Part shown: positions 37,953 through 47,436 of the stretch, one piece after another
Layout: each line of letters begins with the position of its first letter
How positions within the stretch are numbered: the stretch's first letter is position 1
Assembly: GCA_021107635.1 (NCBI GenBank)
Contig: JAIOSL010000050.1
Location: 1 to 54,794 of the forward strand
Source: an archaeon
GTDB lineage: Archaea; B1Sed10-29; WALL01; JAGHAM01
DNA: 54,794 bases
Direction of reading: 5' to 3'
The notes under the pieces: model-generated
Told to the model about the DNA's origin: nothing
The model's input: only the letters and a program-made list of their open reading frames with translations
The model's database searches: none
Translations under genes and position numbers: made by a program

Positions 37953-37976
37953 AATACCGGAAGTAGGGGGGGTCCT
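37953..37976 (-). repeat. 24-bp inverted repeat, right copy
   Basis: Plus strand AATACCGGAAGTAGGGGGGGTCCT. Confidence 0.85.
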
Positions 37977-37978
37977 AG

Positions 37979-38269
37979 ATGAAAGATTGTCTATGGGAGC
38001 TTTTACAGCGTATCCCAAAGGGAAAGGTCACTACATATAGTGAGTTAGCGAAAGTGTTAGGTACCTCTCCTAGAGTAATAGGTAGTCTACTTCGTTCTAA
38101 TAAAGATTTAGATAGTATTCCTTGTTATAAAGTAGTTATGTCAAATGGTCAATTGGGTGGTTATTCTTTAGGTGTTACTGAGAAGGTTAAGAGATTACAT
38201 AAAGATGGAGTTTACGTAAACAAAGGTAAAATAGCTAGTTTTGATACTGTTTTGTTTAGCTATCAGTAG
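37979..38269 (+). CDS. single-domain O6-alkylguanine DNA alkyltransferase (MGMT family)
   Basis: IPKGKVTTYSELA, SPRVIG, IPCYKVV (PCHR-like), LGGYSLG. Confidence 0.9.
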   Translation: MKDCLWELLQRIPKGKVTTYSELAKVLGTSPRVIGSLLRSNKDLDSIPCYKVVMSNGQLGGYSLGVTEKVKRLHKDGVYVNKGKIASFDTVLFSYQ

Positions 38270-38341
38270 CGGGGGTTGGATTTGAACCAACGACCTTCGG
38301 GTTATGAGCCCGACGAGCACTCCTAGCTACTCCACCCCGCT
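38267..38341 (-). tRNA. tRNA-Met(CAT), initiator type
   Basis: AGCGGGG/CCCCGCT acceptor stem (A1:U72), anticodon arm TCGGG-CTCATAA-CCCGA with three G:C pairs, T-arm GTTGG-TTCAAAT-CCAAC; CCA not encoded. Confidence 0.96.
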
Positions 38342-38377
38342 ATAAAAAACAAGAATCAATAATATGAATAGTGCTCT

Positions 38378-39613
38378 TTAAATAGCTTTTTCCCTTAATC
38401 CTAATAGAATCAAGAAAGGAGAGACTAGAACAGAAACAAGTACTACTGCAATGACACTTGAGTAAACAAACGCACCTACGTTACCACCAAGAATATTACC
38501 TCCTCCTTTTGCAACAGCAGCCAGAATTACTAACCCAACACCCCCTCTAGGAACCATTGCTAATCCGATAATAGCAGAAGATTTTAGTGGTATCTTACCA
38601 AGTAATGCTCCTATGAAGCTTCCTAAAAAGTTTCCGAAGAGGGCAACAGCAATCAATATTATCATTACCGGACTCCAAAATGGCAGAGAAAAGCCACCTT
38701 CTGCAGTAGATGTAACTGCAAGCATTCCCATCCATGCAAAAAAGATAGGAACAAAAACACCATATGAAAGAGAAGCGAGCTTATCTGAAAAATTTCTTTC
38801 TCTCAATGGACTTCTTGAAACTATAATTCCAGCAAGAAACGCACCGATAACACCATGTAAATTAAATGCACCTACTAAAACTGCAAGAGCTAGCATTACT
38901 ACAAAAGCTAAAGTAAATTGAGCTTCTTCAACTTCTAAACTAGCAGTATACTTAACAATTGCTGGTAAAATGTTAATTCCTACAACAAACAAGACAAACA
39001 AGATTACTGCTACTGAAACTATAGAAAGCAATGCTGGTACCATAGCATCTATTCCTCCAGGCAGCAAAGCAGAGAGAGCAGTAAAAACAGCCAAACCAAA
39101 CAAAGCATCTATAACTCCTGTACTCAACACTACTTTCCCAACTTGCGTGTTAAGTTTTCCTGCTTTAATTAGAACTTTCATGCTAGTAACAACAGAACTC
39201 ACTGATAAACAAGCAACTAGAGTTGCTCCACCAACAAAACCAATCGCATGGTCAAAATTTATTGGATCTATCACATGAGCATTCACTGCAACGAGAGCAA
39301 TAGCAATTGCAGGAATAATAAAACCAAGAATAGCTGAAGCATACGTAGCAGTCTTATTTTCAAGTAAATGTGTAGTATTAAGTTCACGCATTCCTGCAAC
39401 AAAAAGCAGTAATATCGCTCCTAACTGACCAAAAATTGCAATGTTTGCACTTGGTTCTACTAACTGATGAAGTCCAATTAGGTTACCCCCAAAAACCAAA
39501 AACATTCCAGCAACTAAATAACCCAATACGCTAGGAAAGTTTAATCTTTCTGCTATTTCTCCAAAAATCTTGGCTAGTATAAGTAATAAAACCAACGTCA
39601 GCAGAAATTCCAT
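38378..39613 (-). CDS. cation:proton antiporter (CPA2/NhaP-like)
   Basis: About 12 TM segments; PSVLGYLVAG, LLLFVAG, TGVIDALFG, GAFLAG, FVPIFF, MVPRGGVG. Confidence 0.9.
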   Translation of the reverse strand: MEFLLTLVLLLILAKIFGEIAERLNFPSVLGYLVAGMFLVFGGNLIGLHQLVEPSANIAIFGQLGAILLLFVAGMRELNTTHLLENKTATYASAILGFIIPAIAIALVAVNAHVIDPINFDHAIGFVGGATLVACLSVSSVVTSMKVLIKAGKLNTQVGKVVLSTGVIDALFGLAVFTALSALLPGGIDAMVPALLSIVSVAVILFVLFVVGINILPAIVKYTASLEVEEAQFTLAFVVMLALAVLVGAFNLHGVIGAFLAGIIVSRSPLRERNFSDKLASLSYGVFVPIFFAWMGMLAVTSTAEGGFSLPFWSPVMIILIAVALFGNFLGSFIGALLGKIPLKSSAIIGLAMVPRGGVGLVILAAVAKGGGNILGGNVGAFVYSSVIAVVLVSVLVSPFLILLGLREKAI

Positions 39614-39700
39614 TAACGGAATAACTCAACTCATTAATAAAAGGTTTTGGCTCCATACCCACTTCTACTAATTTAATAGGTAAACACCTTAAACATATCA

Positions 39701-40429
39701 ATGCCACGAAAACGCCAGTTAATTAAAAAAAGCAAGACAGCAAAAGGGCGCCTGCACAAACAAGGAGAGAAATATAATGGCAATCGTCATCTGAACAACT
39801 TGGAAATATACAAGCACCTCACTCCCAAATCCAAACGGTGTGTCGAAGCAATGCTGCACAAAGTTGTTGAAAATTGGGTGCTCAATGAAAGAGCAACAAC
39901 GCTTGCAGAGATACGTGCCATAGCAAAAACCAGTGCTCTTTGCTACCCAACAGAAATAAAAAAACAATATCCTCACCTCAAAAACATATATCCTGAAACG
40001 TTTCTCAGAGAAATATTACCCTACCTTCCAGTGTCTGCAGGACGATATTTTGTTAAGAAAAGAGGGCACTGGAAAAAACCAAACATTATCGACCAAACAA
40101 TGCACAAAAACATACAGAATGCATTTCCTTTAACCAAAGGGAGATATTCTAAAAAGGATACTGCTGTTTCAACACCTCAAGTAACCGAACTCTTGAACAA
40201 GAGTGAGCATGCATGTAAGTTGGAAGTCTTATTCTTTCCTTCTTCCACAGCCAGGAAAGTCTCCACCACCGGCTTCCTGAAAAAACTGGGAAAAATCAAT
40301 GATAACCGTCTTAAAGAATGGGGATTGATTCCTTCCAAAAAAAACCAAAAAGCAGTCAAACACATTTCTAAATGGGAAATAAGTAAAGTAATAAAAGTTA
40401 TCAAGAAAGCAGATGTAAAAACTATCTAA
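39701..40429 (+). CDS. orphan paralog family member 1
   Basis: ILPYLP, MHKN, EW and KWE motifs shared with 41636 and 51676. Confidence 0.75.
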   Translation: MPRKRQLIKKSKTAKGRLHKQGEKYNGNRHLNNLEIYKHLTPKSKRCVEAMLHKVVENWVLNERATTLAEIRAIAKTSALCYPTEIKKQYPHLKNIYPETFLREILPYLPVSAGRYFVKKRGHWKKPNIIDQTMHKNIQNAFPLTKGRYSKKDTAVSTPQVTELLNKSEHACKLEVLFFPSSTARKVSTTGFLKKLGKINDNRLKEWGLIPSKKNQKAVKHISKWEISKVIKVIKKADVKTI

Positions 40430-40448
40430 AAAAATAGGCCATATACTC

Positions 40449-41159
40449 TTAATCTTTTTTCTTTTCAACACTTGCAAAATAAGCTTCTTTTGGCAAACGA
40501 TGCAATACTATCATATAAAAATAGTTTCTTAAAAATTTCCAGAGAGTTTGCAAATAACCTTTCTTATGGAACCGTCTTGGTGAGGAAGCAACCCAATTAT
40601 CTGGAATATAAACACATTTTCCTTCTTTTTTGATTCTGTTAGAAATTTCAGTGTCTTCCAAAAAACTCATCTCTTCATTAAAACCACCAATTTTATCAAA
40701 AACACTTTTTCTGAAAGCACAACTTTGTCCACTAAACTGATAAATATGAAAAAACGAGGTAAACCTATAACCCCAATCCTGATTAAGTTTGAATAAAACT
40801 TTGTCAATAAGTGTACCTTCTAATGGTCTCACAGGGCCACCAGAAGCAACCACTTTCGGATCCTCAAAAACTTTAGCAAACTTTTCAAGCCAATGAGGAT
40901 TAACCACAGTATCTGCATCAATGAAAACAAGAACGTCTCCCTTCGCTAATTTTGAGCCTTTGTTGCGCGCTGGTCCTGCTCCTTGACTTTCATTATCTCT
41001 TACAGCATTACCATACTCTTTAGCAATATCATACGTTCTGTCATCCCCACCTATAATTATGATTATCTCATAATCATCATAAAACTTAGATCTAATCGAT
41101 TCAAGGCAGGCTTTGATGTTGTTTTCTTCGTTATATGCTGGGATTATAACAGAAATCAA
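40449..41159 (-). CDS. glycosyltransferase family 2
   Basis: SVIIPAYNEE, GAGPARNKG, VFIDAD, GGFNE, EDTE. Confidence 0.93.
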   Translation of the reverse strand: MISVIIPAYNEENNIKACLESIRSKFYDDYEIIIIIGGDDRTYDIAKEYGNAVRDNESQGAGPARNKGSKLAKGDVLVFIDADTVVNPHWLEKFAKVFEDPKVVASGGPVRPLEGTLIDKVLFKLNQDWGYRFTSFFHIYQFSGQSCAFRKSVFDKIGGFNEEMSFLEDTEISNRIKKEGKCVYIPDNWVASSPRRFHKKGYLQTLWKFLRNYFYMIVLHRLPKEAYFASVEKKKD

Positions 41160-41162
41160 AAG

Positions 41163-41360
41163 TCATTCCTTCTCTTCTTCTGTTTTTAGCCTTGTGATGT
41201 ATCCTGCGACAATATTCCTATCGGTTTTGGAATAGTCAAACAATCCTGTTTCTCTGACTTTTACTTTGTTTTCTTCATACTTGTCAGTAAACTTTTCAGG
41301 GTATCTATTGTACAGTTCTTGGGCCTTGTTTTTCAAAATACTTGTCATTTGTTTTCCCAT
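41163..41360 (-). CDS. rps17e: 30S ribosomal protein S17e
   Basis: AQELYNRYPEKFTDKYEENK ... RNIVAGYITR; ATG 41360 after GGAGG. Confidence 0.88.
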   Translation of the reverse strand: MGKQMTSILKNKAQELYNRYPEKFTDKYEENKVKVRETGLFDYSKTDRNIVAGYITRLKTEEEKE

Positions 41361-41362
41361 AA

Positions 41363-41530
41363 TCATTCCTCCAAGATTGTAATAGGCACTACATCTTTTT
41401 CAATTTCTTCTAAAGCCAAGTCTATTGGTGTTGCTTCTTTGCTAGGTTTTACTAGTGGAGGAGCACCCATTGCAAGCTGTAGAGCGCGTGCGCCTAGAAT
41501 TCTTGCTTTTTCATATTTTGTGTATATCAT
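41363..41530 (-). CDS. rpoK: DNA-directed RNA polymerase subunit K (Rpo6), 55 aa
   Basis: Manual translation [28 protein letters not shown]...[18 protein letters not shown]; absent from the ORF track. Confidence 0.95.
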   Translation of the reverse strand: MIYTKYEKARILGARALQLAMGAPPLVKPSKEATPIDLALEEIEKDVVPITILEE

Positions 41531-41635
41531 CTAATCTACCTCTAGACCAAAGAATAACGTAATATTCTAACCACTGGTATTTATAAAACCTTTCTGTGCC
41601 GTTCACTTATTAACTCTAAATTTATAAATATCTTC

Positions 41636-42295
41636 ATGCGTAAGAAGTCAAACTACAAAGGACACGAATATCTAAACAAGCACCCAACGTACCAAAGATT
41701 AGAATCCGCAGGCAAACAAAAAGTAGAAAAAGGCATAAAATATGTCCTCAAAGAATGGCATGCAGGAAAAGCGGTAAAAACATCTGAACTACGCAAATAT
41801 CTCAATGACACAGCAGTCAGGTATAAACCACCTAACCAAGAACCTATCCAAAACCGAAAGGTTACTTCCATCTTAAAAGAAATTCTTCCTTACATTCCTA
41901 TCAGAACAGGAAAACTTTTCACTAGACAGTCGAACGGCACTCCACCAATAACCGATTCTGCAATGCACAAAAACCTAAGAAACGGATTCACAGGATTGAA
42001 TTCCCCTATCCTAATAGCAAGCGGTCAATCCCGAAACAAAACAATAAAAAAACTCAACCAAGAAGCTCCTTCCACAAACCAAGAAGTCATATTCTTTCCC
42101 TGTCATTCAATAAATGAAGTATCAACCCAAGAATTTCTTGGCAAACTCTCTCCCTTTTTCAAAGAACGTAAACACGAATGGTTTCTAGGCAAAAAACCAG
42201 TTGAACCCAACCATTACTTCTATCTTGCAAAATGGGAAAAAGAACAACTAGAAAAAATGAAAAACCCAAAGACCAAAAAACCCCACCATCCATAA
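41636..42295 (+). CDS. orphan paralog family member 2
   Basis: ILPYIP, MHKN, EVIFFP, EW, KWE. Confidence 0.75.
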   Translation: MRKKSNYKGHEYLNKHPTYQRLESAGKQKVEKGIKYVLKEWHAGKAVKTSELRKYLNDTAVRYKPPNQEPIQNRKVTSILKEILPYIPIRTGKLFTRQSNGTPPITDSAMHKNLRNGFTGLNSPILIASGQSRNKTIKKLNQEAPSTNQEVIFFPCHSINEVSTQEFLGKLSPFFKERKHEWFLGKKPVEPNHYFYLAKWEKEQLEKMKNPKTKKPHHP

Positions 42296-42302
42296 CAAAC
42301 CA

Positions 42303-42971
42303 ATGCACCTTCTATGGGACAAACCTGCCATCTTACTAAACGATGCCCTTCTAGTCGGAGACCTACATATTGGTTTGGAACAAGAACTCTTCTACCATGG
42401 CATCCGGCTCGCATCAACAACCAAAAGAATGAAAGAAAAAATCATAGAAATGCTGAAAGAAACCGGAGCAGAAAAACTGTTTCTAATGGGTGATTTGAAG
42501 CATCGGATCGCTTCAGTAAGCGCGCAGGAAGCTAGAGAAATACCTGAATTCCTAAAAGAATTATCTAAACATGCAGAAATAACCGTTATCCTCGGGAACC
42601 ACGATGGAGGACTAAAACCTTACTTAAAAGAAGTTAATTTTTATGACGCGCGAGGCTTTGTGTATACTGACCAATGCTTAATTCATGGTTCTGCTAAACC
42701 ATTACCAAACGACCTGAAAAAAAGCAAAGGAATCATTGCATCTCATTGGCATCCAGTATACACATTCAGAGACCGCCTTGGTGCTCAAACAGAAAAAGTA
42801 TGGGTTCAAGCTCACGCGCTTGGCAAACCATTACTACTCATGCCTTCATTCAATCCTCTTCTAGGCGGCGTTGACGTAAGAAAAATAACCAATAAATGGA
42901 TAGAACTTAACAATGCTGAGATAACTCTACTGGATGGCGTATCTTTAGGAAAGTTGTCACTGAACAGTTAA
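42303..42971 (+). CDS. calcineurin-like metallophosphoesterase
   Basis: GDLHIG, GDLKH, GNHD, HG and HWHP motifs. Confidence 0.9.
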   Translation: MHLLWDKPAILLNDALLVGDLHIGLEQELFYHGIRLASTTKRMKEKIIEMLKETGAEKLFLMGDLKHRIASVSAQEAREIPEFLKELSKHAEITVILGNHDGGLKPYLKEVNFYDARGFVYTDQCLIHGSAKPLPNDLKKSKGIIASHWHPVYTFRDRLGAQTEKVWVQAHALGKPLLLMPSFNPLLGGVDVRKITNKWIELNNAEITLLDGVSLGKLSLNS

Positions 42972-43038
42972 TTATATAAAACTATTAACTTACTAATAGT
43001 TTCACTCTTCGTGGGAGAGGGGACCAAGAGGAGAAAAC

Positions 43039-43362
43039 ATGACCAAACAACATTCATCTGTGATTGAAGATATTCGTATATTCGAAGAACAGCAAGAACA
43101 GAGACTTGAAAGAGCAAAAGACGCGAGTGCTAGCGCTACAAAAGAACTAGAACAAAACAGAGCGACCGAACTTAAAACAGCAGAAGAAACACTACTAAAA
43201 GAAAAACAACGACTTGTCGCGCAAGCAACAGAACAAGCAAAAGAAGATGCATCAATTGCATTGAACGAATATTCTTCTAGAGCAGAAGAATTGAAAGCAA
43301 AAAGTAGCAAAAACGAGAAAGACGCAATCGAAAAATGCTATGCTCTCCTGCTAGAAGAATGA
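43039..43362 (+). CDS. atpH: A/V-type ATP synthase subunit H (G)
   Basis: Charged coiled coil at the head of the ATP synthase operon. Confidence 0.75.
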   Translation: MTKQHSSVIEDIRIFEEQQEQRLERAKDASASATKELEQNRATELKTAEETLLKEKQRLVAQATEQAKEDASIALNEYSSRAEELKAKSSKNEKDAIEKCYALLLEE

Positions 43363-43375
43363 CCGGAGGAAAACA

Positions 43376-45301
43376 ATGTTTTGGCCTGCTAAAATATATC
43401 ATGCCACGCTTTTAGTTCCAGAAGAAAAGAAAAACGCGCTCATTCTAGCTTTGCATGAGGAAGGAGTATGTCAACTATCCGAGTCCAAACGAAACCTTCC
43501 CAAACAAAACAACGAAAAAGTCCGTGAAATTGAACTTCGTTTGACTGAATTACTTGTTAAACTTGAACCATACAAAGAAGTCCCACAACCAGAAAACCTA
43601 ATCAAAAAAATGTTCTTTCCTTGCAAACCAGAAAAAACAGTAGTAGAAATCAGAACCAACAAACAAATAACCCAAGAAGTAGAAGAAAAATTAATAAAAC
43701 TAGAAAAACCACTGCTCAACAAACTTAACGAACTAGAACAAAAAAGAGAAAAAATAATTGAACATAAACAAAAAATCAACGAACTACTCTCATTTCCTGA
43801 ACTAAACACCAACCTCCTAGAACCAGACAAACAAATCCACACAACAATCGGTGCAATCACATCAACATCAATTCCAGAACTAGAACAAAAACTAGAAAAC
43901 AAGCCAGTAATATTTCTAACTCACGAAATGACAAAAGAAAAACAATTCATTGCTTTACTATACCCACCAGAAAAAGAAAAACACATCACCAAAAATCTTC
44001 ACGAAATAGGATTTGAACAGCTTGACATACAATACCACCCATCCACACCAAAACAACAAGCACTCTCAATCAAACAACAATGGATCCAAGAACGACAAGA
44101 AGGAATCTCACTCAAAAAAGAATTACGAAAAGCAACCAAAGAAAACTATCACGCTCTAGAATTATTTCAAGAAGAAATCACAATCTGCAGAGAAAGAATA
44201 GATGCATTAAATTCACTTGGTGGAGGAAAATCCTTTTCAATCCTAGAAGCATGGATACCAGCAAAAGAAGCAGAACACTTCAATACTATTGTCAATAGAC
44301 TCTCACAAGAACACTACCTAGAACTAAAAGAACAACAAGAAGCGCCAACCCTCCTCAAAAATCCCTCAATAGTAAAACCATTCGAACTGCTCACAGAACT
44401 ATACTCCTATCCAAAATATGGCAGACTAGATCCCACACCCATACTAGCCCTAACTTACGCCATATTTTTCGGCTTCATGCTAACAGACGCAATTTATGGC
44501 ATACTTTTAGTACTAGGAGCTTATGGAATCTACAGAGGCATGGGAAAATACCAACCAGGACTACGTCAATTCTGTGCACTCCTAATAATATGCGGCGTTG
44601 CCACAGCTATCCTTGGAGCACTGCTAGGCTCTTACCTTGGAGACCTGCCAAAACAATTAGGAATTCAAGTTCCTATGCTGCTTGATCCAATGACAGACAT
44701 CCTACTCCTAGTAGCTATCACAGTAGGCATTGGTGTGCTACATTTAGCACTAGGACTAGTACTTGGAATAATAGACAAAGTAAAACACAAAGAATACTAC
44801 AAAGCAATTTCCGACCAAGGAGTATGGCTCTTATTCCTCACAGGAATGATCCTAGCCATAATTGGCTCATTCATACCACTGTTTACTACGCCAGGCATAG
44901 GGTTAATCATTCTCTCAGCAATACTAAAGATGGCGTTTGTTTTCAAAGACGAAGGAATAGTCAGTTCAATCCTCTCCATTTTTGGATTCAGCGGATTCGT
45001 AGGAGACATATTTTCCTACACAAGATTAATGGCTTTAGCAGTTGGCACAGCAGGAATCGCGCTAGCAGTTAACTTCATGGCCTTAATGGTAATCGATCTA
45101 ATTCCCATAGTAGGCATAGTAATTGGAATCACAATTCTTCTAGTAGGCCACACATTCAACATGGGAATGAACGGCCTAGGTGCATTCGTACACGGCTTGA
45201 GACTACACTTCCTAGAATTTTTCACAAAATTTTATGACGGAGGAGGCATACCCTACAAGCCATTTTATGCTACACGTAAAATTACTGAACTAAAAAGGTG
45301 A
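43376..45301 (+). CDS. atpI: A/V-type ATP synthase subunit I (a)
   Basis: PTLLKNP, DPTP, FGFMLTDAIYG, SYTRLMALA, HGLRLHFLEFFTKFYDGGG. Confidence 0.95.
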   Translation: MFWPAKIYHATLLVPEEKKNALILALHEEGVCQLSESKRNLPKQNNEKVREIELRLTELLVKLEPYKEVPQPENLIKKMFFPCKPEKTVVEIRTNKQITQEVEEKLIKLEKPLLNKLNELEQKREKIIEHKQKINELLSFPELNTNLLEPDKQIHTTIGAITSTSIPELEQKLENKPVIFLTHEMTKEKQFIALLYPPEKEKHITKNLHEIGFEQLDIQYHPSTPKQQALSIKQQWIQERQEGISLKKELRKATKENYHALELFQEEITICRERIDALNSLGGGKSFSILEAWIPAKEAEHFNTIVNRLSQEHYLELKEQQEAPTLLKNPSIVKPFELLTELYSYPKYGRLDPTPILALTYAIFFGFMLTDAIYGILLVLGAYGIYRGMGKYQPGLRQFCALLIICGVATAILGALLGSYLGDLPKQLGIQVPMLLDPMTDILLLVAITVGIGVLHLALGLVLGIIDKVKHKEYYKAISDQGVWLLFLTGMILAIIGSFIPLFTTPGIGLIILSAILKMAFVFKDEGIVSSILSIFGFSGFVGDIFSYTRLMALAVGTAGIALAVNFMALMVIDLIPIVGIVIGITILLVGHTFNMGMNGLGAFVHGLRLHFLEFFTKFYDGGGIPYKPFYATRKITELKR

Positions 45302-45305
45302 AAAA

Positions 45306-45791
45306 ATGGTAGCTTTAACAGGAACCATCCTAGCACTCTTTGGTGCTGGAATCGCACTTGGAATCGCAGGCATCTGCACCGCCCTCGGCCTGATGGCCGC
45401 AGGAATTTCCGGAGCAGGCGCAGTAGCAGAATCCAAGGAAAACTTTAAGAACGCCATGATACTGCAAGCAATGCCGCAGACCCAGACAATATACGCGTTT
45501 ATTACCGCGCTGTTCATTGTCATGGGAACCGGTCTACTCAGCGGAGCAGGCAAAGAAGTCACAATGGAAACCGGCTTCATCATGCTTGCTGCAGGAGTAA
45601 TTGTTGCTTTAACAGCAGTATCAGCAGTGTTCCAAGGAAGAATATCCGCAGCAGGAATTGCTTCCTGCGCAAAAAACCCTGATGCTTTCGCCCCGAGCAT
45701 CGTGTTCTCGGGACAAGCAGAAACACCTGCAATTTTCGGCTTCGTGGTAGCGCTAATCATTCTAGTAGTAGGAGTAGGCGTTCTCGCATAA
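45306..45791 (+). CDS. atpK: A/V-type ATP synthase subunit K (c), double hairpin
   Basis: Four TM segments; MPQTQTIY, FQGR, QAETPAIFG. Confidence 0.94.
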   Translation: MVALTGTILALFGAGIALGIAGICTALGLMAAGISGAGAVAESKENFKNAMILQAMPQTQTIYAFITALFIVMGTGLLSGAGKEVTMETGFIMLAAGVIVALTAVSAVFQGRISAAGIASCAKNPDAFAPSIVFSGQAETPAIFGFVVALIILVVGVGVLA

Positions 45792-45800
45792 GGTGAAAAC

Positions 45801-46343
45801 ATGCAAGTGTACGGGAAAGCGGAAGACCTAAAAGAGTTCATACAAAAAAAGTATGACTCAGAGATAGACGAAGTCAAAAAACAGCAGGAACAAAAGTCAG
45901 CAGAAATCAAAGAAGAAACATCCAGGCAGATTGACACGCTCACACACAAAATTGCTGCTCAAACACACAAAGAAGTCGCACAAGCAAAAAGCAAGACTTT
46001 AAGCGAAGAAAAACTTAACGCAAAAAAACAGTTTGAACAATCACGCGAAGAATTAATCAACTACATCTTCTCTGAAGTCGAAAACGGCTTGCCTTCACTA
46101 GCACACAGCAAACGTTACACCACCTACCTAACAAAAAAAACCAAAACATTAGACACCAAACACTTTAAAGTGCTAGCAGACAGCGACTACTACAAAAAAA
46201 TGTTTTCGAAACACACTAAAAGCGATGCAATCGGAATAAAACTAACATCCGGTGACATAATCTATGACTTCACTCTGAGCACAGCATTCCAAGCAAACAA
46301 AGAACTCCTCAGAAGAGAAGCAAGCAAAGTCCTCTTTAGGTGA
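45801..46343 (+). CDS. atpE: A/V-type ATP synthase subunit E
   Basis: N-terminal coiled coil, globular C-terminus, operon position. Confidence 0.8.
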   Translation: MQVYGKAEDLKEFIQKKYDSEIDEVKKQQEQKSAEIKEETSRQIDTLTHKIAAQTHKEVAQAKSKTLSEEKLNAKKQFEQSREELINYIFSEVENGLPSLAHSKRYTTYLTKKTKTLDTKHFKVLADSDYYKKMFSKHTKSDAIGIKLTSGDIIYDFTLSTAFQANKELLRREASKVLFR

Positions 46344-46347
46344 ACCA

Positions 46348-47436
46348 ATGATAGAATCAATAGCGCTGCTAGGCTTTGGAAGCGCAATAGTAGTAGGAGT
46401 AGTATACTTCGCTGTAAGACAGACAATACCAGTTGTACCCTTCCTATATGCCAACGCCAGAATCCAAGCCAAAAGTAAATACCTTGTGAAAGACACACAA
46501 TGGCCAGCGCTAGCAGAATCCAAAAGTCTCTCAGAACTGACTAATAACTTACGAGACACTGAGTATGCTGAAGAGCTAGACAAAGTAAACGACATATACT
46601 ACTACCACATCTCAATTGAAAAAAGCTTCTCAAAAAGCATAGAAGAAATAAAAGAAGCTACACCCGACTCGATAGACCCATTGTTCGACGCATACCTCAT
46701 GTTTTGGGAAGCCAAAATGCTCAAAACCTTTTGTAGAGCATTCCTCACAGGACAAGAATTCAAAGAAAACCTAGTCTTTCCCGTAGGCAGAATAACCACA
46801 CAAATGATAACACACCTAAAAGAAGCAGAAACAACAGCAGACATAAACGTAGTACTCGCAGGAACACCCTACCAAGACATCATAACAAAAGAACATGCTA
46901 CTCTAGAAGAACTAGAAGTAGCACTAGACAATTTTGTCTTCCACTACTTCGTGAACCAAGTAAAAAACACTAAAATCTACGAAGGCAATCTAGTCATCGA
47001 CCTGCTCAACTTCAAATTTGACATCCAAAACCTCCTAGTACTACTAAAAATGGAAGCTAGAAACGTCCCACGCGACCAACGAGAAAAATACCTGATAAAA
47101 AATGATACTTCACTGTACACACTAAGACACCACTTAATCAAAACAGAAAACATTCAAGAATTCGTTGAACAATGCTCGCGATTGCATTATCACGAACCAC
47201 TCTCAGAAGCACTTGCACTATACGAACAGGACGGTTCACTCTCACACTTTGAACGCGTGCTACAACAATACTTCAAAACAACCATCCTCAAACTTGAACG
47301 CCTACACTTCCAAGGACCCTACTCCCTGTTCACACACCTAGTCAAAAAAGAAATTGAAATGAAAAACATCATGATAATCAGCAAAGGCATCCAATCAAAA
47401 ATGTCTCCAGAAGAAATCAAGGAGCTGATACTTTGA
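46348..47436 (+). CDS. atpC: A/V-type ATP synthase subunit C
   Basis: FLYANARIQA, LAGTPY, KKEIEMKNI; operon position. Confidence 0.9.
   Translation: MIESIALLGFGSAIVVGVVYFAVRQTIPVVPFLYANARIQAKSKYLVKDTQWPALAESKSLSELTNNLRDTEYAEELDKVNDIYYYHISIEKSFSKSIEEIKEATPDSIDPLFDAYLMFWEAKMLKTFCRAFLTGQEFKENLVFPVGRITTQMITHLKEAETTADINVVLAGTPYQDIITKEHATLEELEVALDNFVFHYFVNQVKNTKIYEGNLVIDLLNFKFDIQNLLVLLKMEARNVPRDQREKYLIKNDTSLYTLRHHLIKTENIQEFVEQCSRLHYHEPLSEALALYEQDGSLSHFERVLQQYFKTTILKLERLHFQGPYSLFTHLVKKEIEMKNIMIISKGIQSKMSPEEIKELIL

Noticed and set aside
36389-37976. Autonomous IS element
   Set aside because: No transposase ORF and no target-site duplication; kept only as an unexplained inverted repeat
32120-38341. 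Provirus or integrative element at tRNA-iMet
   Set aside because: No integrase, capsid or packaging genes and no second copy of the tRNA 3' end seen in the window
25542-42971. Lhr helicase plus metallophosphoesterase as one module
   Set aside because: The families are linked in some genomes, but here the genes are 14 kb apart with no operon evidence
45290-45949. 219-aa antisense ORF
   Set aside because: Shadow of the well-supported atpK/atpE genes
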